Source: Eledone cirrhosa
Taxonomy: Eukaryota
Assembly: GCA_964016885.1 (NCBI GenBank)
Contig: OZ024741.1
Span: forward strand, 180,978,001-181,042,000
Direction of reading: 5' to 3'
Length of the DNA stretch: 64,000 nucleotides
A program made the translations under genes and the position numbers. Positions 24,530 to 37,699 of the stretch are shown in pieces; position 1 is the stretch's first letter; the number at the start of each line of letters is the position of its first letter. The notes beneath the pieces were generated by a model, which saw nothing but the letters and a program-made list of their open reading frames with translations, was not told where the DNA came from and ran no database searches.

Positions 24530-27500
24530 AGTGCCAGGAAGGGCATCTGGTCATAAAACATTGAATCAAAAAGAATCCCCTGACGAGTGTGAAACTTGTT
24601 ACAAGGCTAGCAAAGTTAATCACTTTGGGTAGGAAAATGTCTTAAAACTATCCATCAATTAATTTGGACAATAGGAAAAAGAACGAGACGTCGCATCTCA
24701 GAGTTGCCACACTTAATGTTGGCATTCTAACAGGTAGATCTGGTGAGATAGCGGAGATGCTGGAGAGAAGGCATGTGGATGTGTGCTGGAGAAGTGCCTC
24801 GGCAAGACTAATCGCAGGCAAACATCGTAGTTATAAGCTTTTCTGGGTGGGTAATGATGATGGGTTAGGTGGGGTGGGCATATTACTGGTTGACAGGTGG
24901 ATCAATAAGACAATAGAGGTAGTTAGAGTTAGTGATAGAATAATTAAGCTTAGATTAGTTGTAGGCAAGAGACTACTGACAATCATCTCTGCCTATGCTC
25001 CCCAGGCAGGCTTAGGTAAAGAAGAGAAAGACTGCTTTTACGAGCAACTTTTACAAACAGCCTCAATGACAGAGGACAGAGACATCGTTATGCTAGCAGG
25101 GGACTTCAATGGACATGTTGGACAGCTCCAGGATGGATATACTGGAGTACATGGTGGGCACGGTTACGGCTCAAGAAATGAAGAAGGAGTGAGGCTTTTG
25201 AATTTTGTGAGGCACATGGCTTAGTGGTTAGAGCATTGGCCTTACAACTGAAAGGTTGTGAGTTCAATTCTCAGACCGGGTGATGTGTTGTTTCCTTGAG
25301 CAAGACACTCTATTTCACATTGCTCCAGTTTACTCAGCTGTAGAAATGAGATGATAGGGACTGGGGTCCCTATCATTCCACTGTTAAGTGGTCGTGGAGG
25401 TGCCATGGCAAAAAAGCACCCAGCACTCACTGTAAATGAGGTTGGTGTTAGGAAGGGTATCCAGCTGTAGAAATCAAGCCAGAATCAGTTCCCGTCCCAC
25501 CCTTGCAAACAGGGAAAAGAGGACGTAAAAATGAAATGATGAATGAATGAAATGCACTAACCATTTGCAACACTAACTTCCAGAAGCCTACCAACCACCT
25601 AATAACCTACAAATCAGGTGAGCACATAAGCCAGATTGACTTCTTGCTAGTTAGACAGCGAGACAGACAGATGGTGTCAAATACTAAGGCATATCCTGGG
25701 GAAGAATGTATCCCACAGCATAGGTTAGTCGTTAGAGACATCTCAGTAAGCATGAGAAAGAATGAGACATACAGGAAGGTGTGGAAAAGAAAGGTCTGGA
25801 AGCTAAAAGACCTTTCATTAAAATATAAATTTAGCAAAACCCTTCAAGATGTGTATGACGAAAAAGAAGATGATTTAGAGTTGTATGACATAGATGATAA
25901 CTAGACTTTCTTACGTGACAACTTACTGCAGGCTACTGAAGAAACTTGTTGGGGCAGAGCTTCAACCAGATAGAGAGTGACCTGGTGGTGGAACAGCACG
26001 GTAGATAGGGCCATTAGAGACAAAAGACTGGCATGGAACACTTGGGAAAATGGTGGGAGTAGGGAAGGACACACAGCAGCTAAGAGAGAAGCTAGACGTC
26101 AGGTGTACTTAGCACGCAGGGAGGCTGAGAGTAGGAGATTTGCCAATGTTCTGTGACGGGAAGATCAGAGACGTGCGGTGTTCCGCATTGCAAGGCAGTG
26201 TGTCAGTGCAAATCAGGATGTTGTTGGAGATGTGTCCAGAATGATGCCGGTGTATTTAGTGTCACAAATGATAAAAAAAAAAGGAGGCCTGGAAATGTCA
26301 CTATGAGAGACTGATGAATGTAGAGTATGAATGGGACAGAGAGAAATTACCCTCAGTAGACCCAACAGAGGGACCAGCTATTGAGATTGACGAATATAGG
26401 GAACAAGAGGCAATTAAAAAAATGAAGAATGGTAAGGCTGCTGTACCGTCGGGGATAGTTGCTGAGATGCTGAAGGCATCAGGTGAAGTAGGCATTAAAC
26501 TGGTTGCACGCATCATCAATCAAGTTATATATGGTGGTGTCATACCCAAAGACTGGTGCAGCAGTATTCTCATAAATTGTTACAAAGGTAAAGGGGATGC
26601 TCTAGTGTGGAGCAATTATAGGGACATAAAGCTGATGGATCAGGTTATGAAAGTGGCAGAGAGAATATTAGCGCAACTGATTAGAGAAAGGGTCAAATTA
26701 GATGAGATGCATTTTTGTTTTGTGCCTCGGAAAAGTACAACAGATGCCCTCTTCTTAGTGAGGCAACTACAAGAGAAGTTCTTAGAGCAGAATAAGCCAC
26801 TATACTTAGCTTTTGTTGACCTAGAGGCCTTTGATAGGGTACCCTGATCTGTCATCTGGTGGTCCCAAAGGAAACAAGGTGTAGAGGAATGGTTTGTGAG
26901 GGCAGTGCAAGCTTTGTACAGAGGTGCTGTCAGTAAAGTGAGAGAAGGTATGGAGTTTAGTGAGGAATTCCAGATACAAGAAGGTATACATCAGAGTTCG
27001 GTTCTCAGCCCGCTCTTGTTCATTATAGTCCTGCAAGCCATAACAGAGTAGTTTAAGATTGGCTGTCCATGGGAACTTCTCTATGCTGATGATCTGGCTC
27101 TTATAGCAGAATCAGTAGAGGAGCTAGAGAATAAATTTTGGTTATGGAAACAGCAGTTGGAAGCAAGAGGATTGGGAGTGAACATAGCTAAGACAAAAGT
27201 GTTGATAAGTAGAAGAGAGGACAATACTCTGATTCCATCAGGGAAATGGCCATGTTTGATATGTAGGAAAGGAACTGGCATAAATTCCATAAAATGTATG
27301 CAATGCAGATCTTGGGTACACAAGAGATGTAGTGGGATAGGAGGCAAACTAACAGGTAGGGAAAACTACGTATGCATTAAATGTACAGGGAAAGTTGGCA
27401 GTATTAATCGCAGTGATAGACACATTTCCAAATCAGGTGGATTCTATAGAAGTGGTTGATAGCTTCCGGTACCTAGGAGATCAGATTAGCATGGGAAGGG

Positions 27501-28070
27501 GGGAGGGGGGTGTTCTGAGGCCATAGTATCTAGAATAAGGACAGGTTGGAAGAAGTTTAGGGAGCTGCTTCCTTTGTTGACAAAGAAGGGTTTCTCCCTG
27601 CATACGAAAGGACGGTTATATGATACCTGTGTCAGATGCACGATGCTGCATGGTAGTGAGACATGAGCGGCAACTGCAGAGGATATGTGATGGCTGAAGA
27701 GAAATGAAGCAAGTATACTCCGTTTGATGTGCAATGTCAATGTGCGTGAACGACCAAGCATGGACGAGTTGAGAAAGAAACTGGGTATAAGAGGGATAAG
27801 TTGTGGTGTGCAGGAGAGAAGGCTGAGATGGTATGGACATGTGATGCGCATGGAGGATGTCCGCTGGGTAAAGAAGTGCCAAGAAATCCCAGTAGAAGGA
27901 AGACGCAGAAGAGGTAGACCACGTAAAACATGGGCGGAGGTGGTGAGAGCAGACCTCAGATCGTTGAAACTCACCGAGATGACGAAGGACCATGACAAGT
28001 GGAGAGATGTTGTGCTGAATAGGACCCAAGCAGGGAAAAGCGGACGTAAAATGATGATGATGATGATGAA
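24530..28070 (+). mobile_element. Near full-length degenerate RTE-clade LINE (APE endonuclease + RT + PHD-like finger), interrupted by a SINE
   Basis: VATLNV, ISAYAPQ, GDFNGHVG (APE); YKGKGD..NYRDIKL, FVDLEAFDRVP, QSSVLSPLLF, LYADDL (RT); RRLRWYGHVMR..GRPRKTW; frameshifts and stops; (ATG)n tail. Confidence 0.93.
25210..25550 (+). mobile_element. tRNA-derived CORE-like SINE with RTE-type tail, nested in the RTE endonuclease region
   Basis: TGGCTTAGTGGTTAGAGC (A box), GAGTTCAATTCTC (B box), CCTTGAGCAAGACACT core, tail CCCTTGCAAACAGGGAAAAGAGGACGTAAAAATGA like the RTE 3' end; RTE frame resumes (LTICNTNFQKP) after it. Confidence 0.8.
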
Positions 28071-28884
28071 TAGGTATCATTTATTTCTAGTCATGCTGTC
28101 CAAAATATGTTCAATGCACAACCCTAATTTCTAGGTGTAAAAATCTGACCAATAACACTGTATTTAACTCGAATAAATACAGTAATAAGATTTGTCAAAT
28201 TATATAAAAGTTTACCTAAGGTCTTAATGCATCCCTTGTTATTTCGTGCGAAGGTTGATGCAGTATGAATGCTTTTATTGTTTCTGGCCATCATGCAATG
28301 ATTTGGGGGTTTTATTCATGCCAGTCACTAGGTACTTTTTTCAGACCTGTGAAAACTAGGCTTTTTTTAGAGGTGGTTTTTATTCACATCGCTGAAACTA
28401 CATCAATGGGTTGTGAGAATTTTCTTGAGAGCTAACAGTGTCACCCATTGTTCCATCTCTTCTAGTAGCTTATGATTGCAAACACAAGCAACCAAAATGG
28501 GGTTCCTCTGAAAGGGTCTTTGGAGTAACATTACTCAGAATGTGTAGCTTGGAGATCAGAGAGTTGCTCCAGCTAGAGCCGCTACTTCTCCGAATTGAGA
28601 GATCACTGCTCTGATACCATGGATTGTAGTTAGAATGTCTCAGGAAAGAATTGCTGGACAGATTTCATGGGCAAAACCAGCCAGCAGGAGACCCCAAGCA
28701 AAATGGTTGAGCTTGGTTGGTCTTGCTTGGGGATACAGCAAGATCAATTGAAAAGGGTTGCTTCTGACAGGACTCACTGGAAAGTGTGCTTAAGGACTCT
28801 GCCCCCATAACCTTCCCAGGAATAAGTGGGAGAAGAAGAAAACAACATAAAAGTTTTAAAAACATGAATAAAAGAGAAATATAC

Positions 28885-29120
28885 TTTTCCAAGGCATTAT
28901 ATGCTCCAGTGGCTGATCCTGGATTAATGTAGAATTTGTTTTCATGTTCAAAAGCATCAAATATATGGGTGTGGCCTGAAATGAGAATGTCTACATCTAA
29001 CTGTCGTTGTACCATAGCTAAGCTTTCTGTTTCTCCCCATGGTACTACTTGATGTCCATGACACAAACCAATTCGAAACTGACCGACTGTTACCACTTTT
29101 TGCTCAGGATAATTAAGATT
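28885..29120 (-). CDS. VPS29: VPS29 exon 3
   Basis: tttcAG|[55 protein letters not shown]|GTatat; 236 nt. Confidence 0.97.
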
Positions 29121-30034
29121 CTGAAATAGAAAAAAAAAATGCTGGTTAATTTAAAATAAAAATATGTATGATGTATGGACCCATAACTCCTGTTGGAGTT
29201 GTAGGAGTGCCATTGTGACATATGGAGTATCTTGGGCAATTTAAAACTTGGTGGAGCGCATCCCCTCTTCAGGTCTAAAGTTAAATTTCTTGAGAGAGAG
29301 AGAGAGAGAGGGGGAGGAATTAACCCACTATTAGATTGGAACTTTTTACCGACCTTGAAAGGATGAAAGGCTAAGTTGACCTTGACAAGATTTGAACTTA
29401 TGGTGCAGAGAACCAGAATTAATATGGCAAAACATTCTATCTAATGTTCTAACAACTCTAAATTTTCCGCCTCAAAATAAAAATGACTAAAATAAAAAAA
29501 ACAATAGAGAAGAAAATGTAATAAATAAATCTGTAGTTAGTTTCTTTCACTTTTATAATATATATTAATTCATTAAAAGAAGAAAAGAGAAGATTGTCAG
29601 ATTGGACCAGGGAAACTATGTTTTCATGGGTTTTGCCACCAACAATACTAACTGCTGTTTGCAACTCCAGGCAGAATGAAGTGGGATTTGAATTTAGAAT
29701 GGACAGTGGGATTAGACACTACCAATTATCCTGCCCAACTCTTCTGCCAATCCACTATCACTGGGTTGATACTTTATTTATCAACCTAAAAGGATGAAAA
29801 GAAAAGTTCACCTTGATGGATTTTAGCTCAGGGCACAGAGAATCAGAACAAATACTCTTCTGACTCTGTTAATTCACTGCCTATTGCCACTAAAACTACA
29901 CTCAGATATCCAGCACTCCAAGATTTTGTCTTCATATGACAGTACTTCTTACAGTAATGGATTAATGTCATTTTTATTTTCACTTTTCTATTATAAAATC
30001 CCTATTTTATATGCCAACACCATTATTTTCTCGA

Positions 30035-30210
30035 ATTGGCAGTATCAGTAGATACGCCATGCTTTCTAGCATAGTTACGTCCCTTTACGGTTTGAGTTCA
30101 AATCCCGTCGAGGTTAACTTTGCCTTTCATCCTTACGGGGTCGATAAAATAAAGTACCAGTAATGTACTGGGTAATTGCTGGCCTTGTGCCAAAAGTAGA
30201 AAATTATTTT
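30035..30210 (+). mobile_element. tRNA-derived Meta-domain-like SINE
   Basis: GAGTTCAAATCCCG..GCCTTTCATCCTTACGGGGTCGATAAAATAAAGTACCAG. Confidence 0.75.
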
Positions 30211-30355
30211 CTCAACATTGATTATATCAATATCATTATTTTGTCAACATTACATACATCAATATTGTTATTTTGTCAACATTTCATACATCAATATGGT
30301 TATTTTGTCACTTTTCTATATGTGAACATCACTATTTTGGCATTTCAAATGTCAT

Positions 30356-31003
30356 TATCATCATCGTTTAACGTCCATCTTCCATGCTAGCATGGGGTTG
30401 AACGGGAATTTTCCCACTTGAGGCAAGATTGGTTGTCTTGCTCGTATAGGACTGTCTGGCAGGTTTTCTACGGCTGGAAGCCCTTCCTAACACCAACCAC
30501 GTTTACAGTGTGGACTGGGAGGTTTTTACCATGTTACCTACACGGCCACATTACAGCGTGGACTGTGTGTTTTTTTGTCGTGACACCTACAAGCCCTCAT
30601 TTGTTTCGGACTGGATATTGTGGTACCAACATAAATTTACATTGGAAGGGGTGGTGTGGATGGGGTGGGGGTAGTGGGGCCGGGGTGTATTTTTGTTAGA
30701 GGTGCCTACTGACTGTAGGTTTCGCTTTGTACTTGGGCAAGGCAGGTCTTCTGTATTACTGTGTAGCGCCAAAGATCTCAGTCCAGAGACATTGTCTTGG
30801 AGAGGTGTAAGTGTGTGAGGTCGGAATTTATCAAGTCATCCCAGGTTTTTCTGGGTCTGCCTACTCCGTGGCTACCGTCTATTTTTATCGCCCTGAACTT
30901 TTTTATACAGCTGTCATCTTTCATGCGCATCATGTGACCATACCAACGTAGCCTTCTCTCGAGTAAACAGCATCTGATCCCTCTTATTCCTAATTTCTCC
31001 CTT
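30356..31003 (-). mobile_element. Second RTE subfamily, 5'-truncated, with ~420-bp 3' UTR
   Basis: Minus strand encodes REKLGIRGIRCC..ERRLRWYGHMMRMKDD..GRPRKTWDD, then a long UTR and (ATG)n tail. Confidence 0.8.
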
Positions 31004-31514
31004 TGATTATGAATATTGTTTTCTTTAGATTCTCACTAGAAATTATATGTTGTTTACAATATTTTTTTTTTAATCAACAGCAACCATCTTTGGTTGCCTG
31101 TTCAGTTTTTCAATTTACATTTTCTATCATATTCTAGAATATTGACACTCAAATTTTGCATCTTGTTTGCTCAATTTGTGTGTCCATTTCAATATAGCAT
31201 CTATCTACTTGTTGGACCTTCGATATTTGTCATGCCCAGCATTCTGAGATCAACTTTCACTCCTACATCAGCTTCAGTCTTCCTCTTCTGGAATGGCAGA
31301 ATCATTACAGTGTCATACAAAATGCTTTGTGGCATTTAGTTACAGGTCATTATATTCTGCAATCAAATCCTGTTGAGGTCAACTTTGTCTTCCATCCTTC
31401 TGGGTCGATAAAATAAGGTACCCGTCAATTAATGGAGTCCATTTCATCAACTTTCTCTTCCACTAAAATTGTTAGCCTTGTATTTGAATTAGAAACCATT
31501 ACCTGACTCTTTTT

Positions 31515-31830
31515 TTCATCAACTATCCTCTTTCATATGCATCTCATGTCCATACCCACACAGCCTTCTGCTTGCATACTACAGCTGATACCTCAGATGT
31601 CCTGATTTTATCACAGCACACTTTTATTCCATTGTTTATGCATGCTGACATTAAACATTCAGCAGAACATGTTTGCCTCATTTCTTTCTTGTCTTCAAAC
31701 ATTCTCCATATATATTACCCATGTCTTGCTATTTCTGCAGCATCGTACTCCATACTCAAGCACCATACAGTCTGCTCTACACTAAGAGACAGAAATCCTT
31801 TGTTGCCAACAGAAGTAATAGCTCCCTGAA
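31515..31830 (-). mobile_element. Highly decayed RTE fragment
   Basis: Residual similarity to RTE C-terminal coding region (GAGCTATTACTTCTGTTGGCAACAAAG..AGAAGGCTG..TATGGACATGAG). Confidence 0.55.
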
Positions 31831-31891
31831 TCTTTGACTTGTGATTTAACATGTAAGTATTCAAGTATTCCACCAAGAAGTGTACTCTTAA

Positions 31892-32110
31892 CCCTTTAGC
31901 ATTTACATTACTCTATATATACTATTGTATTTTTGTGGTTAAGGCTTTATCTTACATAACTATTTCACATAATATCGAATCTATGAGATTTTGATGATAT
32001 TTATTTTGAGAACAATACCTTAACATCAGTATGAGCAGTCAGTTACAGCCAGTTTGAACAGAACGAGGTGATAATTCTGGCTAGATATGGCCAGTTTAAA
32101 TGCTAAAGGC
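31892..32110 (+). mobile_element. Non-autonomous piggyBac-like MITE
   Basis: TTAA|CCCTTTAGCATTTA ... TAAATGCTAAAGGC|TTAA; homologous copies at 50411-50608 and ~38500-38669 (reverse). Confidence 0.75.
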
Positions 32111-33964
32111 TTAATGCAATTCTCAGGTAGAATTAGAGTGATACAATATGTGACAAGACTGGCCCTCTGAATAACAGATAAAATCCATCCGACAGGTTTC
32201 CATTCAGTTTCCTTCTACCTAATTTCACTCACAAAGCTTGGGTTGACAAAAGGCTATTCCAAAGATGTCACACAGTAGGATCAAATCCAGGGCTTTGTGG
32301 TTGCAAAGTGAAATTCTTAACCTTTCAACCATGCTCTTACTGCTAGCTACTCCTAACATATAGAATGTTTCTTCTCTGTCAGTCTGTCTAAGATCCCACT
32401 GCACCATTTGCATACCATTTGTAAGCAATTAATAATGATTTCTCACATAAGTACAAAGTAACAACTTTTTGGGTGAAGCTATAATCAATTAGATCAACCC
32501 CAGTAACTGACTGGTATTTATTTTACTTTGAAAAAGCAGTGGAGTGTCAGAAACAGCAGGACACTGCACTAAATATACTTACTATATATAAGCTGAGAAA
32601 TATGTGACAAAAAAAAAAAACAAGAAAAAAAACCAATCAATGGTAAAATGGGGGTCGCTTTATATTTGAGGTCAACATTTTGCTGATTTTCACCAACTTC
32701 AAAATTCTACATAAATGAGGTGTTAAAATATTTTCACTTTCGAGATGAATATTGCACCAGTTTCATTTTTTCAACATGAAATTCATATTTCCAATTGTTT
32801 TTGATATGCTTTGAATGAATATGGCCTTCAAAACAGTTGGTAAAAAATCATTACATAATGGAGTTGTAAAACAAAAACTATATTCTAAACAACACTTAAA
32901 ATATTAAAACTTCATAAATATATTCTCCACTCACGAGAATTCCTTGGAGATTGCTACCATGTTACTAATAACTTTCCGTTACCAAACCTTTACAACATAC
33001 ATTTGTTTATTCCACCTTAACTATAATTATATATAGGTACAAATGTTTTGACACTTGCACTGTGTTTAAAAGCCATAAATAGGGATGAAGTAAAATTGGA
33101 TAAGAAATTCTGCAATCTAATTGAGCTGCAACAGCCACTAATATCTAGATGATTCCTGACAACAGACAATACCACCTGTGGCCAACCAGTAAACTACTTT
33201 CGTGAGTCACAGGAAATACAAGTCTCCATTCAGTTGGAATACTAAGTGCAGATATGTCAAAAGAAAGTCAGAATAACAATTTCAAAGTGCACACATCTTA
33301 AATCAAAGTGAGAATAATGATTTCCAAGTAAGTACATATCACTTCAAAGTGAGGACAGCAATTACCTAATGAGCTCATGTCGCTTAAATAATCACAATTG
33401 TAATAACTTGTTTTCTATGGAATTATTGCATTGATAAAATATGACAAAGTGTGAGGCTTGCAAAATCATTGCACAAATGTATTTTTTAGTCACAAAGCCG
33501 CTCCCAATTTTTTGAACAGTGTTTTTGTAATGCCTAGACATTCTCGAGGACTCAAAACGGTCATTACATCCTGAAGGAGAGGCACAGTGGGTCAAAAGTG
33601 AGATGGTGGGGTGAGTGATTTCCACCAGTTATAATACTAATCTGCAATACAGCTGATGGGCTGCTCCCATCAAAATGAATATGCATAAGATAATAAGTGG
33701 AATATGTGAATTAGTATAAAATATAGAGGGACAAATTTTCTTTAATTCTGTTTTCACTTTTGATAAATTCTGTTTTATTGTATTTAATGGGTAAATTGCA
33801 ATAAATTGTACGATAATTGTACGATTTAGATGTTAAATGAAACCAAAGTAGTGGATATACAATGAAATCATAGTTCTATGGTGGAAAATAACAATAAATC
33901 AACTTCAAATAGGTGTAGGTCATGTTATTTAAATACTTTGGATTTAGTTTAATGTGATACTTAC

Positions 33965-34156
33965 TTCATCAAAGTCCCCACGTACCACATGGACATCACT
34001 AGCTAATGTCTTCAGGTAATCAAATGACTCTTTTGTACACAGATTACCTGTGCATAAAATATGCTGAATCTTGCCAGGTACCAGAAGTTTCTTAAACCTA
34101 TTTGGCATGCTATTGCAGCGATGTGGAATGTGTAGATCACCAAGAACTAGCACCAA
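33965..34156 (-). CDS. VPS29: VPS29 exon 2
   Basis: tacAG|[64 protein letters not shown]|GTaagt; 192 nt. Confidence 0.98.
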
Positions 34157-34248
34157 CTGTAAAAGAAAAACAAGTAATGAAGTGTATATGTATGGTTCGA
34201 CACATGAATTTTATACTGAAATATACTGAAACATGGCTTTCTTTCAAA

Positions 34249-34785
34249 CTGCTTGTATATAATTGTTTCTACTTTTGGCACAAGGCCAGCAATTATCCCA
34301 GTACGTTACTGGTACTTTATTTTATCGACCCACCGTATGGATGAAAGGCAAAGTTAACCTTGGCAGGATTTGAACTCAGAACGTAAAGGGACGTAACTAT
34401 GCTGCAAAGCATGGCTTCTGATCTTCTACCGATACTGCCAATCTACTGCCCCTCTGCTTGTATATAATTGTTTCTACTTTTGGCACAAGGCCAGCAATTA
34501 TCCCAGTGTATTACTGGTACTTTATTTTATCGACCTTGTAAGGATGAAAAGCAAAGTTAACCTCGGCGGGATTTGAACTCAGACCATAAAGGGCCGTAAT
34601 TCTTTGCTGCAAAGCATGGTGTCAAACCCTCTACTGATACTGCTGCTTGTATATAATTGTTTCTACTTTTGGCACAAGGCCAGCAATTACCCAGTACATA
34701 CTGGTACTTTATTTTATCGACCTCCGTATGGATGAAAGGCAAAGTTAACCTCGGCGGGATTTGAACTCAGATCGTAAAGGGATGT
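34249..34785 (-). mobile_element. Head-to-tail trimer of Meta-domain-like SINE
   Basis: Three units beginning CTGCTTGTATATAATTGTTTCTACTTTTGGCACAAGGCC at 34249, 34454, 34643. Confidence 0.85.
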
Positions 34786-35324
34786 ATATAATACCATTCT
34801 ATCATATGAACAAATGTGCACATGGAAAAATAGACATAAATGACAAATACAAATATATATTCTCCTCTTCAGCCAACTTCTGAAAATAAAATTGTGTTAG
34901 AGTGAGATTGTAGTTGTACAGTGCTTAAAAATCATTTTAGGTGCTGGAGTGATACATAAAGACATCACAACAACAAAGTAAATGAATAGAAAATAAACAG
35001 TACTGATGAATACATTCTTTTGATTTGATTTAATCTATCATAGTAGGTTGGTCCATAAAAAGCCTAGTATCTATTATTCAACTACATAAACCAAAGTCCT
35101 ACACAATTAGATGTCTTGTTCAGAGACACTTGTAATAGATATGAAATCATGATTCCTGAGTCTGATTAATACCCCATCCATTACTCAATATGATAAGATT
35201 GGAGTGCCTATCATTAAAACACCCAAGAAATCTATGAGATGCATCCTTATAGGAGGCTTGCTAAACCTATATAGGCATCAGCCCTAATAACAAAACATTA
35301 CTGAATACTATCAAATATACATAT

Positions 35325-35445
35325 GAAGGTGTGTGGCTGAGTGGTTAGAGAATTGGATTCGCAATTATGAGGTTGTGAGTTCGATTCCCGGACCAAGCGA
35401 TGCGTTATGTCCTTGAGTAAGACACTTTATTTCACGTTGCCCCTA
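35325..35445 (+). mobile_element. tRNA-derived CORE-like SINE (5' part)
   Basis: TGGCTGAGTGGTTAGAG..GAGTTCGATTCCCGG..TCCTTGAGTAAGACACTTTATTTCACGTTGC; related copies ~36515, ~43565, 45550, ~49250 (-). Confidence 0.75.
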
Positions 35446-37699
35446 CCTGGATTTGCGACTGATAGATAGTATTAGCAATTGGAAATATTGTTTCCTCAGT
35501 CCGATTTGATGAAAGTCAACCGACTGTGGATATATATGAGCTATAGGTCTGTTTGACTAGGACTAAAACAACAGTAACAATAACCATTAATTTGGAGAAA
35601 GGATGATGCATTTCTAATTTTAAACAATCTAGAGGTCATGTCAGGGAAACCTTGTGCTGTGTGGAACTTTTTATACTGATTAAAAAAAGAATCAAAATCT
35701 GTTTATTGAAGTTTATAAGGCAACTGAGACAGATGGAAGTTAACCATATTGTATTGGAGTTTTACAAGTATTCTGATACTTGTATTTATTCAGGTTGAAG
35801 AACCTAAACTGTTATTGTTTAGATGTATGGTCCTTCATAATATTATTATACCTGTTGTACTTCAATTTACTGTTGCTTAGGCACAAGTCATCTTTGATTA
35901 AGAAGATTTTCAATCAAAAGTGTGACCATTCCAACTTTTTGAGACAGTCCATGAAGGAATAGATTATTCAATATGTCCTTTTTAAGAAGACAGAGTGGAA
36001 TTTGAAGATTTGGTTGATATTATTAGCAGTTCTATATTGTTGATTACAATAATACAAATTTTTCCTTTATCTACTCCTTCATAGGAAGTGAAAAACAAAC
36101 AAACAAACCACAGCAAACACTAACCTAACCCTTCTTCTTACATATAAGCAACCGTAAAAAAAAAAAGAACATTCTCAAAAAAAATCAGAATTATTAATGT
36201 TTATCATTTTAATTTTACGCCACTTCCTGTTGTCATGGATTGAATGGGTTGTCATAAGCCCAAAACTAGATGGATTACAGAACCACATCTTGCTCATATT
36301 TTCCATATTTTTGCTTGGTTTTTATGGCTGGATGCCCTTCCTAATGACAGCCACTTTACAGAGTGCACCAAGCACAAACACTACTACTTTACTGAATGTA
36401 TGGTTTTATTAATTGAAGTTCGATAAAACTCATTTTTCAAGTAAACTTCAATAGTACTTCAGTCTTATATGTGTTGAATATAATTGGGTGTTCAATATTC
36501 ATTGTGTGAATGCATGCAAATTAGGGGTTAGGTGTTTGGCTCATGATCATGAAGTCATAGGTTTTAATTTATAAACTAGGTGGTGTGTTATGTTCTTGAG
36601 CAAGACACTACACTTCATATTGCTCTAGTTTACTCAGCTGGAAAGAAATAAGTACCAACTGGGGGTTAATTGTTGTGGACTAGCATGTCACCCAGAGGGA
36701 GATCTAGTACTTTCAATCACATAATGCCAAGAAAACCATGATAAACCCCTGACAAGCTGTTGGGCTTGAGACAGACTTTAACTTTAAGGATATTTATTTG
36801 CATAAAGGGTAGTGTACAAATGTGCTGAGTAGATGGATATTAAATGGCATCAGACAATATATGTCTGAGAAATGGCTAGCTGGTACAGACAGACATTTGA
36901 TGAATGAACAATACCATGCATTGGTTAAGCAAGAATAAGGAGTAAAAGGCATTCAATTCAAGTTTTTTTCAATCATCACGGTCCTGAGCTAGTCACTTTA
37001 ACTGTTCACAGGAATGTCCCAACTTCCTTGCTTGTGCCTCTAGGTCATGGTACTAGTTACTTCTAAACCCTCTTCTTTCCCTTTTCCCCCATGAGCTCTA
37101 GGTCAAGGTGTGTCTTGTGGTACTAGATGTAGGCTTTCGGGGGGTGTGACTAATCCATCTCTCCTGCATAATTTCTTGGACAGACTCTTAATGGGTTCCT
37201 TGCCACAATTCCTGATTATTAATAATATCTAGCCAGTGAATCCAAAGAATTTTCCCTGTGGCAGGTGTTCACATATGTCTGTATTCTCTTCAAGATGGTA
37301 ACAGTGAAGGACGTGGCATGGTTAAGATTAAAGATGTGCCTCACAAGCAAGAAGATACAAAATTAAGAAGATTCTATGTTGCAGACCTATCCAACCCATG
37401 CCAGCACGAAAAAGGGGATGCTAAAATGATGATGATGTACCTACATCTTTCAATGGTCATTAACTGTTAATATCCTGTATAATTCAGCAGAAAATAAGTT
37501 GCTAATTCTAATGTTTCATCATCATCCTCACTGTTTAGCGTCCATTTTTCCATGCTTGCATGGGTTAGACAGATTGTCCATGCTGGGAAGCAAGTCTACC
37601 AGAGTTGGCCATGCCGTACCTTGCTCCAACATGGACTGTAAATTTGGCCAGGTATTTTACAGCTGGATGCCCGTCCTAACACCAACCAGATTTACAGTG

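Noticed and set aside
35325-35395. tRNA gene-like sequences (also 25210, 45550)
   Set aside because: Run directly into SINE core sequence and lack a clean cloverleaf; they are SINE heads.
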